Shown: positions 1 through 11,086 of the stretch, in pieces
Layout of the letters: every line of letters starts with the position of its first letter
How positions within the stretch are numbered: the stretch's first letter is position 1
Source of the DNA: a virus
Direction: 5' to 3' (one strand)
DNA length: 64,000 nt
Virus record (IMG/VR): IMGVR_UViG_3300025121_000027
Location: 32,001 to 96,000 of that record
Translations under genes and position numbers: made by a program
Notes under the pieces: model-generated
The model's database searches: none
What the model saw: only the letters and a program-made list of their open reading frames with translations
Told to the model about the DNA's origin: nothing

Positions 1-1
1 A

Positions 2-640
2 AACGACGCGGTGGGTTTCATCAACTACTAAATGTCCTATCTTTGGTGCAACTTTATCAGCGCATTTAAAAAGAGTTTGAACCATTGCAACAGTAATTTT
101 TTTACCAACTGTTTTCTTTCCGTCTCCAATTTGGCCAATATCTTCTTTTGGAATAGATAGAAATGTTTCTATTCTATCCTTCCATTGGTAGAGTAATTCT
201 TTTGTATGAACTATGATAAGTGTTGGTTGGCGGCGAGCAGCAATAATGCTTAATGCCATAATGGTCTTCCCGCTACCCGTTGGCGCTTGCAATACTCCTT
301 GGTCATGACATAGCATTATAGCAATTGCTTCATCTTGATATGGTCTTTCTTCTGTGTTGAATGTAAAAGACACAGGCTTTTGAACACTTCTTAAATCAAG
401 TATATCTGGTTTCTTATCGCACATGGAAATTAGTTCAGAATAAAAACCTCTTGGAACAGCAAAAGAAATTTTATCTTCCATAAAGTATTGTAGTACTTTA
501 GGAACTCCTCTGTTTAGATAACCCATCCTTTCATTTTCAAACCATTTAGGGTTAAACATAGTTAAGCGTTGTCTTATCTTTTCGAGTAGTTCTTTCGGCG
601 CTTTCTGTATTTCAATGTCATTGGATAGAATTAGTTTCAT
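2..640 (-). CDS. SF2 DEAD/DEAH-box helicase (runs off the window edge)
   Basis: Manual translation from ATG at 640: RPYQ (Q motif), QAPTGSGKT (Walker A), TLIIVHTKELLYQW (Ia), LVVDETH (DExH). Absent from the ORF track because it is truncated. Confidence 0.9.
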   Translation of the reverse strand, partial: MKLILSNDIEIQKAPKELLEKIRQRLTMFNPKWFENERMGYLNRGVPKVLQYFMEDKISFAVPRGFYSELISMCDKKPDILDLRSVQKPVSFTFNTEERPYQDEAIAIMLCHDQGVLQAPTGSGKTIMALSIIAARRQPTLIIVHTKELLYQWKDRIETFLSIPKEDIGQIGDGKKTVGKKITVAMVQTLFKCADKVAPKIGHLVVDETHRVV

Positions 641-789
641 TTCTTCCCTCTTTTATGGTTTTGTACTGGGGCAATTAGCATAATCATTTCTTCGACTGCG
701 ATTAAGCCTTCACCATCAAGCCAGCTCCAAATTTCTTCTGATTCTTTTTCATTCAGCGATCTTAGAAACTCTACTAATTTTTTCGGCAT
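637..789 (-). CDS. small hypothetical protein (50 aa)
   Basis: GGAG RBS, then MPKKLVEFLRSL...; stop overlaps the helicase ATG (ATGA). Confidence 0.6.
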   Translation of the reverse strand: MPKKLVEFLRSLNEKESEEIWSWLDGEGLIAVEEMIMLIAPVQNHKRGKK

Positions 790-815
790 GGTATGTTCTC
801 CTTTTAAGACAAAAT

Positions 816-856
816 AAAAACCCGACGAAAGATTTTGTTAACCCTTCGTCGGGTTT
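816..856 (-). terminator. intrinsic terminator-like hairpin
   Basis: 12-bp inverted repeat AAACCCGACGAA/TTCGTCGGGTTT ending in a T-run on the minus strand. Confidence 0.65.
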
Positions 857-865
857 ATGTAATGA

Positions 866-894
866 ACTATAATAACAAAATACATTAAAATAAA
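866..894 (-). promoter_or_regulatory. repeated promoter motif, copy 1 (TTTATT-17-TATAGT)
   Basis: TTTATTTT-N12-TATTATA, one of four identically spaced copies. Confidence 0.6.
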
Positions 895-910
895 ACCTTT
901 ACAGAAATAT

Positions 911-1438
911 TTATTGTAAAGCCTTTCTAATCTCTGCAAAGCTACGCCAGCAGCGGCCCACTCCCCATCCGCAATGATCTATCAAATATCTTTGGATTCT
1001 TTTCTTGCAGATATGAGCAGAGCCGGTTTCTTTCTTGGCTTGCCTAATCATCTCCATCGGTGTGTCTAATGCGCTATTTACGACAAATTGCGCATCATCT
1101 GATAGTTTTTGTATGGTGTCTTTAAGTTGCGCGCATGACTCTGGATGGTTGCAATCCGGGCAAGCCAAAAACTGTTCTTCTGCCTCCTCTGTTTGTGGGT
1201 GTTTTTTTCTGAAGTTACATTCGACATTGAATCGGAAGTTTAAATGCTTCCACAGAAAAGTACTGAACTTTGATTTTGTTGGATCATAATTCTTTACACA
1301 ATCAAGAAATGCTTCTGCTCCGATTGATTCTAAATCTTCTTGCTCAAGGCCAACAACTCCAGGTCTTGCCCATGCTTTAGCTCGTTTCTTAATAAGTAGA
1401 AAATACTTTTCGTATTCTATCTCATTTTTCTTTAGCAT
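911..1438 (-). CDS. phage-encoded sigma-70-family-like transcription factor
   Basis: EQEDLESIGAEAFLDCVKNYDPTKSKFSTFLW resembles sigma region 2. Confidence 0.7.
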   Translation of the reverse strand: MLKKNEIEYEKYFLLIKKRAKAWARPGVVGLEQEDLESIGAEAFLDCVKNYDPTKSKFSTFLWKHLNFRFNVECNFRKKHPQTEEAEEQFLACPDCNHPESCAQLKDTIQKLSDDAQFVVNSALDTPMEMIRQAKKETGSAHICKKRIQRYLIDHCGWGVGRCWRSFAEIRKALQ

Positions 1439-1545
1439 TTGGGTTTGCTTCCTTCTAAGGCAGTATAGTAGTTTGTTGTATGTGATTGGCTTAGTCGATT
1501 GGTTTTTTCAAGGTTCAAGAACAAAAACTTGGAGCAGAATTATTG

Positions 1546-1803
1546 TTACTCTTCCCACTTCATACCGTGATTTTGGCCAGAGCAAGAACAACGACAAAGA
1601 AAGCCTTTTGCTTCTTGGCATTTCTTCCCGCACTTTGTTTTAGTTGTACTTGCTATCAGCTTTTTAACTTTCATTTTTTTACTGCATATTGGACAGCGAG
1701 TATTTAAAGTTTTGTTATCTTTTAAATACTCGCCCTTCCAACTGGTTGTTACTTCATACCGCTTAGTTGTTTTGCATTGTTTGCATTGGCATATTACTAT
1801 CAA
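1546..1803 (-). CDS. Cys-rich putative Zn-binding protein
   Basis: several CxxC pairs and a C-x3-C-x7-C-x-C-x-C-x4-H tail. Confidence 0.55.
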   Translation of the reverse strand: MIVICQCKQCKTTKRYEVTTSWKGEYLKDNKTLNTRCPICSKKMKVKKLIASTTKTKCGKKCQEAKGFLCRCSCSGQNHGMKWEE

Positions 1804-1908
1804 TCTTTTCTCCTTTCATTTTGCAATTATCGCATGATAGTTTATTGCAATAGAAGCACTCTTCTGAAAAAAGGGAAGTCATCTATCAAATGTCTTTTGA
1901 TGAACGAT

Positions 1909-2400
1909 TTAAACATATGTTACTCTTTCTATTGTTCTTTTAAGTTCTTTGTTTAGTTTTTCTATTACTTTATTTGCATTTTCGATTTCTATTAGTGTTG
2001 GGTTTCTTCCTTCTTTGTTGTATATTTCTTGCAAAGTGTTTCTTCTTTGCTCCCACCCGTTGATCTTTTGAATAATTTTAGCGGCGATAAGATTCATTTG
2101 TCTTTTCTCCTTTTAATTGTTATTGTTTAGTTTTACTATTACGTTGATATTATATTCATATTTATCAAATTCTAATTCTGAAATAGAATCATCGATATTT
2201 ACTTCATTGACTTCCATTCCAGTTTTATTATAAAAATGCAGAATTTCTTCTTTAATTTTTGCTTCAAGCCTTTTCTTTTCTTTATTGATTTTATCTTCAA
2301 TTTGCTTCAATTGAAGAGCAAGGTTTAAAGTTTTTTCATGCTTCTTGAGAAAATAAGAAAGCTCTGCATCTTCATTTTTTCCAAGTGTTTTCTTTTTCAT
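1909..2400 (-). CDS. two small hypothetical proteins (1909-2097, 2113-2400)
   Basis: ORF track; each preceded by an AGGAGA RBS. Confidence 0.55.
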
Positions 2401-2413
2401 TGTCTTTTCTCCT

Positions 2414-3571
2414 TTATTTGATTTGAATTACTTCTCCAAATGGCGGGTGAAATCTTTCAGCACTTCCAATGATACACCATAGAACAGGATAGTTAGGATC
2501 ATTTGAAAAACTGCTGCATTGCCCATCTGTCAAATAGATAAAGCAAGATGGGAGCATTCCCTTTTCTTCTAAATGATTAAATGGCGGCCTAAAGTCTGTC
2601 CCTCCACCTCCTTGAGCATTTAGTTTTAACGGTATATCATAAGCTGTAAACTCTTCTACTCCTTGCAAAGCATTATTAACATACATAACATAAGCATTTG
2701 AATCATATGCTTCCATAATTGCACCCAATTCAGAAACAAACTCTTTTAGAACTTCTTGATTGATACTGCCAGAAGTATCAATAGCGACAGCAATGTTTTT
2801 CAACTCCTGTGATCTTAATGATGGCATGAACAACCCCATGTGGATATATCTTTTGTTCGGAGGCATCCAAGCATAATCATTTTTGGCATTCTGATCTACA
2901 AAGCGGCGAAGCAATTCTTTCCAATCCAGAACTGGCTCAAGAGTATCTTCGACCAGTCTTGCAATATGAGCAGGGAGTTTTCCGCACATTTTAGCTTGCT
3001 GCGATGCTTGCGCGATCATTACTTTAGCTTCTGCTTCTGCTTTTGATATATCCGCTTCGCTTGGTTTTTGCCCATCTTGCCCTGGTGCATCTCGTACTTC
3101 GCCACATCCACCTGGATCGCTATTTGAACTACCATCTTTTGATTTATTTGAGCCGCTACCCGACCCGCCACTTTGCTTCTCTGGTTTTGGAAGTTTAGAA
3201 TAGATCGCTTCCGCTGCTTCGTTTGGAAAGCCTTGCAATGCTCCTTTCGGTAGAGTAAATTTTGAATTGGTTAAAAGATAGTTGATGGCATAATCTGCTG
3301 CCGCATTCCATGTTTCGTGGTCTCTATCTTGTCTTCTGACATGATGTAACGCTGCAATATGCATTACTTCATGAGCAATTAATCCTTTCGTTTCGTCTAA
3401 TGTTAAGGACTCGATAAATTCTGGATTGTATCCTAAAGATACTCCATCGGTCCAAGCTGTCTTACATGTTCCATCTTCTTTAATGAGAAGCCTTAAAGCA
3501 ATGGAAGCAAAGAACGGCTCGTCGAGTACTAAACCTGCTTTTGCTTTTGTTATTTTATCTTTTGCTTGCAT
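2414..3571 (-). CDS. VWA-domain putative metallopeptidase (DUF2201-like)
   Basis: HEVMH (HExxH), WNAAADYAIN, MIDAS motif DTSGS, GGGTDF, YLTDG. Confidence 0.85.
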   Translation of the reverse strand: MQAKDKITKAKAGLVLDEPFFASIALRLLIKEDGTCKTAWTDGVSLGYNPEFIESLTLDETKGLIAHEVMHIAALHHVRRQDRDHETWNAAADYAINYLLTNSKFTLPKGALQGFPNEAAEAIYSKLPKPEKQSGGSGSGSNKSKDGSSNSDPGGCGEVRDAPGQDGQKPSEADISKAEAEAKVMIAQASQQAKMCGKLPAHIARLVEDTLEPVLDWKELLRRFVDQNAKNDYAWMPPNKRYIHMGLFMPSLRSQELKNIAVAIDTSGSINQEVLKEFVSELGAIMEAYDSNAYVMYVNNALQGVEEFTAYDIPLKLNAQGGGGTDFRPPFNHLEEKGMLPSCFIYLTDGQCSSFSNDPNYPVLWCIIGSAERFHPPFGEVIQIK

Positions 3572-3572
3572 G

Positions 3573-4463
3573 TTATTTCCCTCCCAAATAACCAGACATA
3601 GCAGACAGTAAATCGTCTGCTGTTTTAGCCGTTTGCTTTCTTGTCTTTTTATTCTTTCTCAAATCCTCTGGATCAAAAGAACAAAGTTTTTGCTCTACAT
3701 CCTTTCTCATCTCTTCCAGATTAGGATCATTAGAAAGATTCAAGCGCGGAAGCAAAGAGCAAAGTTCTGCAATGTTTGAAATCATACTGTTTTTAAATAT
3801 CTTTTCTGGATCATTAAGGCGCTCGCTCATATGAGAAACAGAATCATAAAGCCGTTGCCACAAATCCTTCATTGCTACCGCTTGGGCTTGAATCAAACCC
3901 TCTTCAATGTTCTTCTTGATTATGCTTGCATCTTCTGCTCTAAGCTTTACTCTAAAATCGTTTGATGTTGGCAGTGGATAGATAGCCGTTGTCACATCAA
4001 ACTTTTCTTTGATTTCATCTTCTTTCGGATAGTCCATCTCATTAAACAATGAGCCGAGCCTTTCTTTGCTATCTTCTACATAGGTGTTGTAGCCTTGCAC
4101 AAACTCTCTTGTTGCATTTTCAAAATCTGATTTAAGACTTCTGATTTTTTCAGAGTACTTACTGAAGTTAGCAGAGGTCAAAATCCTCATCCCTTCATCT
4201 GACCACGGAAGAGTATTAGCATAATGAAAAATTCGAATTTCGTTTGAAATACTTTGAAGCTTTTGCAAAGACTCCTTTGCGATTAGTGCTTTGTTATATC
4301 TTCCTGCATCTTGCTTGGCTTGGTGTTTATCTGCTATCTCTTTGGACGCTTTCTTGTCGTGTTTTCTTGCAGCCCACATAGAGATTGACAACCGCACCAG
4401 CATTGCTTTGCTGGCAAGTTCTTTACTTTCAATTGTCTGAGATTGCTTAGTGGTAGTTTTCAT
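3573..4463 (-). CDS. conserved phage protein of AAA+/VWA modules (possibly DUF3150-like)
   Basis: 296-aa helical ORF directly upstream of the VWA gene; family recalled, not verified. Confidence 0.5.
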   Translation of the reverse strand: MKTTTKQSQTIESKELASKAMLVRLSISMWAARKHDKKASKEIADKHQAKQDAGRYNKALIAKESLQKLQSISNEIRIFHYANTLPWSDEGMRILTSANFSKYSEKIRSLKSDFENATREFVQGYNTYVEDSKERLGSLFNEMDYPKEDEIKEKFDVTTAIYPLPTSNDFRVKLRAEDASIIKKNIEEGLIQAQAVAMKDLWQRLYDSVSHMSERLNDPEKIFKNSMISNIAELCSLLPRLNLSNDPNLEEMRKDVEQKLCSFDPEDLRKNKKTRKQTAKTADDLLSAMSGYLGGK

Positions 4464-4522
4464 TTGTTATTCTCCTTTTGTTTTTAGTAGATTGTATTGG
4501 CGATAGTAAATAGTTAAAATTC

Positions 4523-5020
4523 TTAATCTTCAATATCTAATGGGATCAAACGCGCCTCATGCTTTTCGAGCATGTCAATTTCCCCGCCAGCTTCAACATG
4601 TTTCAAGTCTCTTTTTGTGAATTTTTTACCAGTGATACTGTGCATCCTGGTTAAAGCGATATCTGCTTTTGAATAAGCACTCATTCCATAACCGTAATGC
4701 TGGATAATATAGACTTTTTTCATTTACTATTCTCCTTTCATTCTTTTCTCTATAAGTTTTGCAATTACTTCTGGACGATTCTTTTTCAGCCATTCTTTTC
4801 CAACTTCTACTCTATAAGTACTGTGGCAATAAACCATATTAGAGAAGCCCTTTTTTGCATAAGCACTCGGATGGCGAATATAATCTCCACTCTTTGTTTC
4901 ATAGTACCAACCTTGGCCCTTTTCTTCTGGTTCAATATCTCCTTCGACCACCTTGACTGGACAATTCCAATTTGCTTTCGCTTGCTTTCTTATTTCGTAA
5001 AAGAAGTGTCTTTTAGCCAT
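4523..5020 (-). CDS. two small hypothetical proteins (4523-4723, 4727-5020)
   Basis: ORF track, RBS, tight packing. Confidence 0.55.
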
Positions 5021-5034
5021 TTGCTATCTCCTTT

Positions 5035-6045
5035 CTACAGCATTACGCTTTCATGTTTAACCGCCCAATCGATATAAGCCTTGGTATCATATAGTTCCGG
5101 CTTGCCCATAGTACAATCTCTAATGCCAAGCACGCTAAATTCATCAGGCATCCGATTCAAATATTCTACTATTCTACCGAAAGTCTGCTCTGTTGCCCTG
5201 CTTGCCAGTGCTCCGCAGATAGCATAATTAACTGCTGGATCATTACTAATTTCTGCTTTTGTAGGATTCATCAAGATAGCATCTGGAGAAGGTATCTTTC
5301 TACAAATACGGAGAAAGCCAATGAACTCTGCTGCGGCTGCTTCACCAACGGTTCCTTTAATCAGTTCAAACTCTATATCTTTTGAAGGTGAAGTAGAAAG
5401 AATGTTAGAAACAAATTCCCAAGAGCGCGGAGAAGGAAAGGCTTTTTCGTCTGACTTCTTGGGGTCAAATGAGTGAAGTAGATTGGTTCTATACCTCAGA
5501 AAAGCAATTACTTCTGTCTTGATATTGTTTTGCATTGCCCATCGTACCCAATCATTTATATCTACTTCAAAATTAAGATGGACAAAGCGATTGGCCAGAG
5601 CAGAAGGTATCCTGTGTACTACCGCTTTGTCGTTTTCTCTATTGCCCGCTGCAATTACCATCCAGCCATCTGGCAAAGTATATTCACCAAGCTTTCTATC
5701 CAATACCAATTGATAACATGCTGCTTGTGTCAAGGGCGGTGCAGCATTTAATTCGTCCAGGAAGAGTATGCCGCAAGATGAAGAGTCATGCGGAAGAAAA
5801 GCAGGAGGACACCAATGAGCCATGTTGTCTCCGTTGATATGCGGCAAACCCCTCAAGTCCACTGGATCAAGAAGTACTGCGCGGACATCGATAAGAGTAA
5901 AAGGCTTTTTCTTATTTGGCTTTTGCTTCTGAGCTACTTGCTTAACTACTTGAGACTTGCCGACACCAGGAGCACCCCAAATAAAAACTGGTTGCTTGAT
6001 TTGAATAAGAGCGGATAAGCTGTCAATGACTTGAGAAGGTTTCAT
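5035..6045 (-). CDS. MoxR-like AAA+ ATPase
   Basis: GAPGVGKS Walker A, ILFLDELN Walker B, IAAGN sensor, ALANRF Arg finger. Confidence 0.9.
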   Translation of the reverse strand: MKPSQVIDSLSALIQIKQPVFIWGAPGVGKSQVVKQVAQKQKPNKKKPFTLIDVRAVLLDPVDLRGLPHINGDNMAHWCPPAFLPHDSSSCGILFLDELNAAPPLTQAACYQLVLDRKLGEYTLPDGWMVIAAGNRENDKAVVHRIPSALANRFVHLNFEVDINDWVRWAMQNNIKTEVIAFLRYRTNLLHSFDPKKSDEKAFPSPRSWEFVSNILSTSPSKDIEFELIKGTVGEAAAAEFIGFLRICRKIPSPDAILMNPTKAEISNDPAVNYAICGALASRATEQTFGRIVEYLNRMPDEFSVLGIRDCTMGKPELYDTKAYIDWAVKHESVML

Positions 6046-6247
6046 TGTATTAATTCCTTTCTATAAGTAGTATTTGGTATGAAGTTAATTGTGATTCTAC
6101 AGTACAACCAGCCAAATAAATATGTTTAGAACAACCAATAAAACAGCAACAACTTCTCCTGTCATTATCTTTCTTTCCTGTTTATATGGTTTGTATTCTT
6201 GAAACATAATTACTCCTTGTCTGGCCCGGTCGTGCCGGGCCTTGGGG

Positions 6248-6421
6248 TTAAATCAGGTTGGACAGCGGAACGTCCAGAATCCACACTTCGCCCTCAGTGT
6301 TGACAGCCAAGAAAGCCGCCAACTCCTCGGGTACGTCCTCAATACGGGCTACGCGGATGGAGGTCTGAATGAAGGGTTTTTCAGAAACCGCTAAGTCAAA
6401 ACGTACCTCTAAAGTTTTCAT
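6248..6421 (-). CDS. 57-aa hypothetical protein in a GC-rich, hairpin-flanked cassette
   Basis: manual translation MKTLEVRFDLAV...PLSNLI*; AAGGA RBS. Confidence 0.55.
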   Translation of the reverse strand: MKTLEVRFDLAVSEKPFIQTSIRVARIEDVPEELAAFLAVNTEGEVWILDVPLSNLI

Positions 6422-6450
6422 GGGTCTTTCCTTTCTGGCCCGAGGGCCGG

Positions 6451-9400
6451 TTAGTTGACATTTTGCAGAGCTTTAATGATTTTTTCAGCATCTTCTCGTG
6501 AAGAGTAGATTCGGCAAATAGCGATGTCTGGAAAACGTCGATCTTCAGGAGTGAAATTAATGTCTCGAACGAATTTGCCTGAATAGTTCTTTCCTAGTTC
6601 CTCAAAATCGTCAGTAAGTTTATATGTTCCGTTCATTTTTACTTCTCCTTTATACTATCGGATTTACAAAAACATGATTGAAGAATGTTTCAACTTCATA
6701 TTGGCACGAGTCATATCCAGCACTATCTAATGCTTGTATCACTTCTTGTTTTGTTGTGATTCTAGGAAGGTCTTCGCACCTTACTTCTTCTTCTGAAAAA
6801 CAAATTTTGTGTTTTAGAAGTTCTTTTCTGAAAGCATTTACTCTTTTCATTCTGCTTGATTTTGTTGGCTTGTTTCTGGCTCCGATATCATGATGAGCAA
6901 TGATTGCGAAGTTATTCATTGTGCTATCTCCTTTCTTGGCAGATAGCATTTAATTAACATATCATTGTTATTCAATGCATCAAGTACAGATAGAAAAGCA
7001 TTTATCTCTGCATCCGTTCTGGAATATAGTTCTTTAACTTGTGGGTTTTCTTTTCCTTTGAATACTTCTAAAAGTTCTCTTTTGGCTGTTAGAATATCGC
7101 GCAATGCTTGCTTCAATTCTTTTGTTTTCATTATGCCTGCCTCTTTTTAGCATTGATAATTGCTTTTTCTGGAGTAGTACGCTTTAGACTTTTGTTTTCG
7201 CATCGTGGGCAAGTAAAGATATATTCAGGACTTGGCCCATGGCCTTTTGGCTTTTGCTCCATATAGCCGCATCGTGAACAAGAATAAGTATTCATTTGTT
7301 ATGCCTCTCATTGATTCATTTTGAAAAACAATTTTACAGACAAGCTTGCATCAAAATCTTCCATTGGGATGGTAAATCGAGTGTCTTCATAATCTGGTTG
7401 AAATATACTTCCATCCATATCTTTTTCAGGAAATATAGGAAGATTTGCTTTCTCTGCCATTTCGTTTAATCTATAATCTACCCAGTGTTTCATAGTCTTA
7501 TCTCCTTTATGCTTCTGTATGAGAAGCGAGAATGTTTAGGGCAAGCCTTAACCCAGGAACATTAATTCTTTCTACTGTTTTAGAATTGTGCAAATCATGA
7601 TGAATATGGTTGATAATATCGTTTGAAATATTCGCAGCAAGAATACTATCTACACTTCCCCAGGGATATAATTCTGGAAATTGAGGATTGAAGTTGCAAC
7701 AATCTTTTACTTTCATTTTCTTATCTCCTTTTCTTAACAATCTTTTGCCCAAGAAAACAAATCCCGATAAACAAGCCAATGAGCATAGGAACATTCCCAT
7801 CTTTTAGACATTGGACAACCGAATACATCTAATTCAGATGGCCTTGAACGATAAACTTCATTTCCGATTTTCCAGAACTCCCAAAAAGAATCAGGGAATC
7901 GATAGCCAGAAGCAATCAATTTAATTTCCATAAATCATCTCTTTTTAAAAATTTGTTATATATTCATTCCATTCCATTTCTTTCATAAAATTCCATCTTT
8001 TCTTATTTCTTCCATGCGTCAAGTACTTAATCAGAAGAAAGCCAGGACTCCAATCTTCTGATTCTGGATCAATCTTGCAATTTAGATCGTCGAAAACGTG
8101 TAGGATAAAGGCGTGACCACTACCATTTGGAATGCTTTCCATGTTTATCCTCCGATTAAATTTATATCGAGACATAAATAGTATACTGTCGGCCGCCAAT
8201 AATTGCAGTATAAATAAACTCTCCGCCGTTTCTACTTTTTTGCATTTCAACATTTTCACAAGCGGAAACATATCCAGCAATGCGTTTTACTATCGGTGAA
8301 TCAGCTTCATAATACTTTCCAGAACAACCACACATGCACTTGCCGGGTTTTCCGGCATAAGCGCGATTGATTTTAACAGGATCAATAATTGGGCAATAAA
8401 TGATTTGCGTCATGATTAAGTCTCCTTTTCAAAGTTTATCGATGAAGTTTTTAATATTTAGAATTTTGAGTTGGCATCGTAATAGTACTTTTTGAAATGG
8501 TCTTGATGAAATTTCAACAAATCAATCTCCCAGGCAGTCAAAGTATTGCGTACTATCTTTTCTTTAAAATCAGATGTGATGACTTCTTTATGCTCATGGA
8601 AACCACAGGGGATCATGATGCGGTATTCAATAGTATAATAGTCATAGATTGCTTCTATGCTAATCTTCCTTCTGTTCAAAATTTCTTGAACAATACCCAG
8701 TGTATCATCGCCGATTTTAAAGATTGCATTTGCATCATTTCCTGTTTCAGCTTGCTTCTTCATGATTAAATCTCCTTTTCAAAAGCGGCTTGTGCTTGCT
8801 TGCCACTGATTTTTTCTTCGGCTATGACGATTGCATGAGTATCACCGTTGGTATCTACTTCTCGAATAACTCCTTTAAAGCCAAGACCATTTAAGATTCT
8901 GGTTAGCGAATTGAAATCAATCTGTTCTTTATAATCCCAGACCATCGAAACTGTTTTGATTTCTTTTTTCTTCATGGCTTTATCTCCTTTGTTTGATTTT
9001 GGTTAGTTTTCGGTATTTAGTCCTGAATGAACATTGCCATTGAGCGGCGGATAGCATCGGCGGATATGTAGAGCTTTTCGGCCAGTGCACGGTCAATCAT
9101 GTCAATGTGGTCATTTTTTTCCAGCAAATTGATGATATGCTCGGCGTGCTCCATATTGTGCTTTGCTTCTTTTTTCGTCATGATTTTATCTCCTTTGCTT
9201 CTGTATTTAAAATATTGTAAGCAAATTCATATGCATCAAATACTCTTTGGTCATTGATTTGCACACCGCCCATTGCCGTGTTGTGCTCTAATGAGAGGCG
9301 CAGCAATTCTCTCATCTTTTCATATCTCAAAGAGATAGTTTTTGTTCCAACTCCTTTTCGACGTACTACTTCGTTAAATGAAGTAGTTAGCAAATCTTTT

Positions 9401-10361
9401 ATTGCGAATTCTTTAGCATTAGGATAATTTGTTCCCATTTTTTTCTCCTTTAATTTGTTAAAATATGTTTTAAAACTTTTTCGCCTCTGAACTCCACTTC
9501 AATTGTGGAGTTTTGATTGGAATATCCTAACTTTTCTAACATTCCAACCATATCTTCTGTTACTGCAAAAAGAACTTTGAAGCTTGCTTTTCTAAGTTCT
9601 TTCAGCATTTCTACTCCTTCTCGCTTTGAAAACGGACAAAAGTGAGAAACACAAAAATAATTAGAATCAAATCGACCAATACAGATCGATTTGTTGAAGA
9701 GAAATACTTTTTCTCTTTTGAGATACGATCCAAATCTATTGTGGTCTAAAATAGATTTGGGTCTTCTTATTTTCATGACTTTGGAATATTGCTTCCAAAG
9801 TTTGGAAGCATCTACTATTTGCAGAACGATTCTTCCGTCAAACAATCCAGAAATCATGATTTTATCTCCTTATTTAGTAGATTGCAGTTGCACATTTTTC
9901 ACAGTAGATTTTATCGTCTGTAGTGCAAGTCATTTCCCACATCGGCTTGACAACTTTACATAAGCAGCATGTAGCAGACATTAATTTGGTACATGCTTTA
10001 CAGAAACAATCTCCATTTTCATTTACTGCTGATTTGTTGTCATCTATTTTCTTTCCACAACTATTGCATGTTGTTTCCATAAAAATCCCCCTATGATGTA
10101 TGCAGAAAAGTTCTTTTCTTCTTTGTGGGCATTAATTTAGTAAGGTTTTTATAAGAGGCCTTTTTTGGCTAATATAAAATTGATTTGATCGACGGTTAAT
10201 GGACTTCCATCGATATTTGTTTGGCTTTTAATGTAATTAATTTTGGCTTGTTTAGAGCAGGCAGGACACCGAAGAAGAGCAATTTGCTCCTCTCTTTTAA
10301 GACGAGATTGACCTCTGCCAAGCCGTAAATTACATTTGCATCCGCATTTATAATTTGCCAT
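6451..10361 (-). CDS. cluster of ~15 short co-oriented early-type hypothetical genes (e.g. 6916-7131, 8162-8413, 8458-8763, 8766-8975, 9178-9438, 9450-9857, 9874-10080, 10149-10361)
   Basis: 60-135 aa ORFs, most with an AGGAG RBS, typical of phage early regions; no recognisable domains. Confidence 0.6.
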
Positions 10362-10396
10362 AATAATTCTCCTTTACTAATGCCCACAAAGAAGAA
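10116..10396. repeat. 19-bp perfect inverted repeat flanking ORF 10149-10361
   Basis: TTCTTCTTTGTGGGCATTA (10116-10134) / TAATGCCCACAAAGAAGAA (10378-10396). Confidence 0.85.
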
Positions 10397-10437
10397 GGAA
10401 AAAGGAATAAAGCTCTCTTTCCGTCTTCTCTGCATTT

Positions 10438-10925
10438 AACACACTCGCGTCATTCTGTTCGCCTTTACTCTTATTGTCCAGCAATGCTCAAAAGACTTAC
10501 TTAAAACAACAATTCCATGGCAAGGTCTTTGACCTCATATCATTTAAAAACAAATGATACTTCGACGGCTGTTATGCAATGGACTGTTTATTCGGCCTTA
10601 CGATTACATGAGCAGGAAAGCGCTTGGCGCGCTGTTAGAAAGGTTGTTGATGGACTAAGTAAGGTGGACTATGACTTCGGCTTAACGACGATAGGCGCTT
10701 GTCTCAAGTATGTTTTTATGGGGTTTACTCGCTGGGCCGTTTCCCCTGCCCGATCTTGAGATAAATTGGATCGGCTCTATCTATCGTTATTTCTGAATCA
10801 AATGCGCGGAACATGATCCAGTGCTGACAAAACCCAGTGGAGCGGTTTGCGGTGGTTTCGTCGGCTTGTCAAAGAACCTTCAGGAGTTCGCCTGGGGTTG
10901 GATCGGTGTAGCGCGTGTGAACCAA
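10438..10925 (-). ncRNA. candidate large structured ncRNA / early leader
   Basis: GC-enriched, no credible ORF; many nested complementary segments (see findings). Confidence 0.55.
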
Positions 10926-11086
10926 GGAACTGGTTCCTTTCTATCAGAAAAAATTAAACTTGTAAACAAAATTAACACACATATTTAAAATAATTTTAAT
11001 AACAAAATCAACAATATACAAGCCAAAAATATGGTATTTTCCAAAAGCCCACCCATCTAAAACGAAAAAAAGAGCTATTATCACGT

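Noticed and set aside
10517-10759. 80-aa plus-strand ORF in the leader region
   Set aside because: No clear RBS, opposite to local transcription, and overlaps extensive predicted RNA structure.
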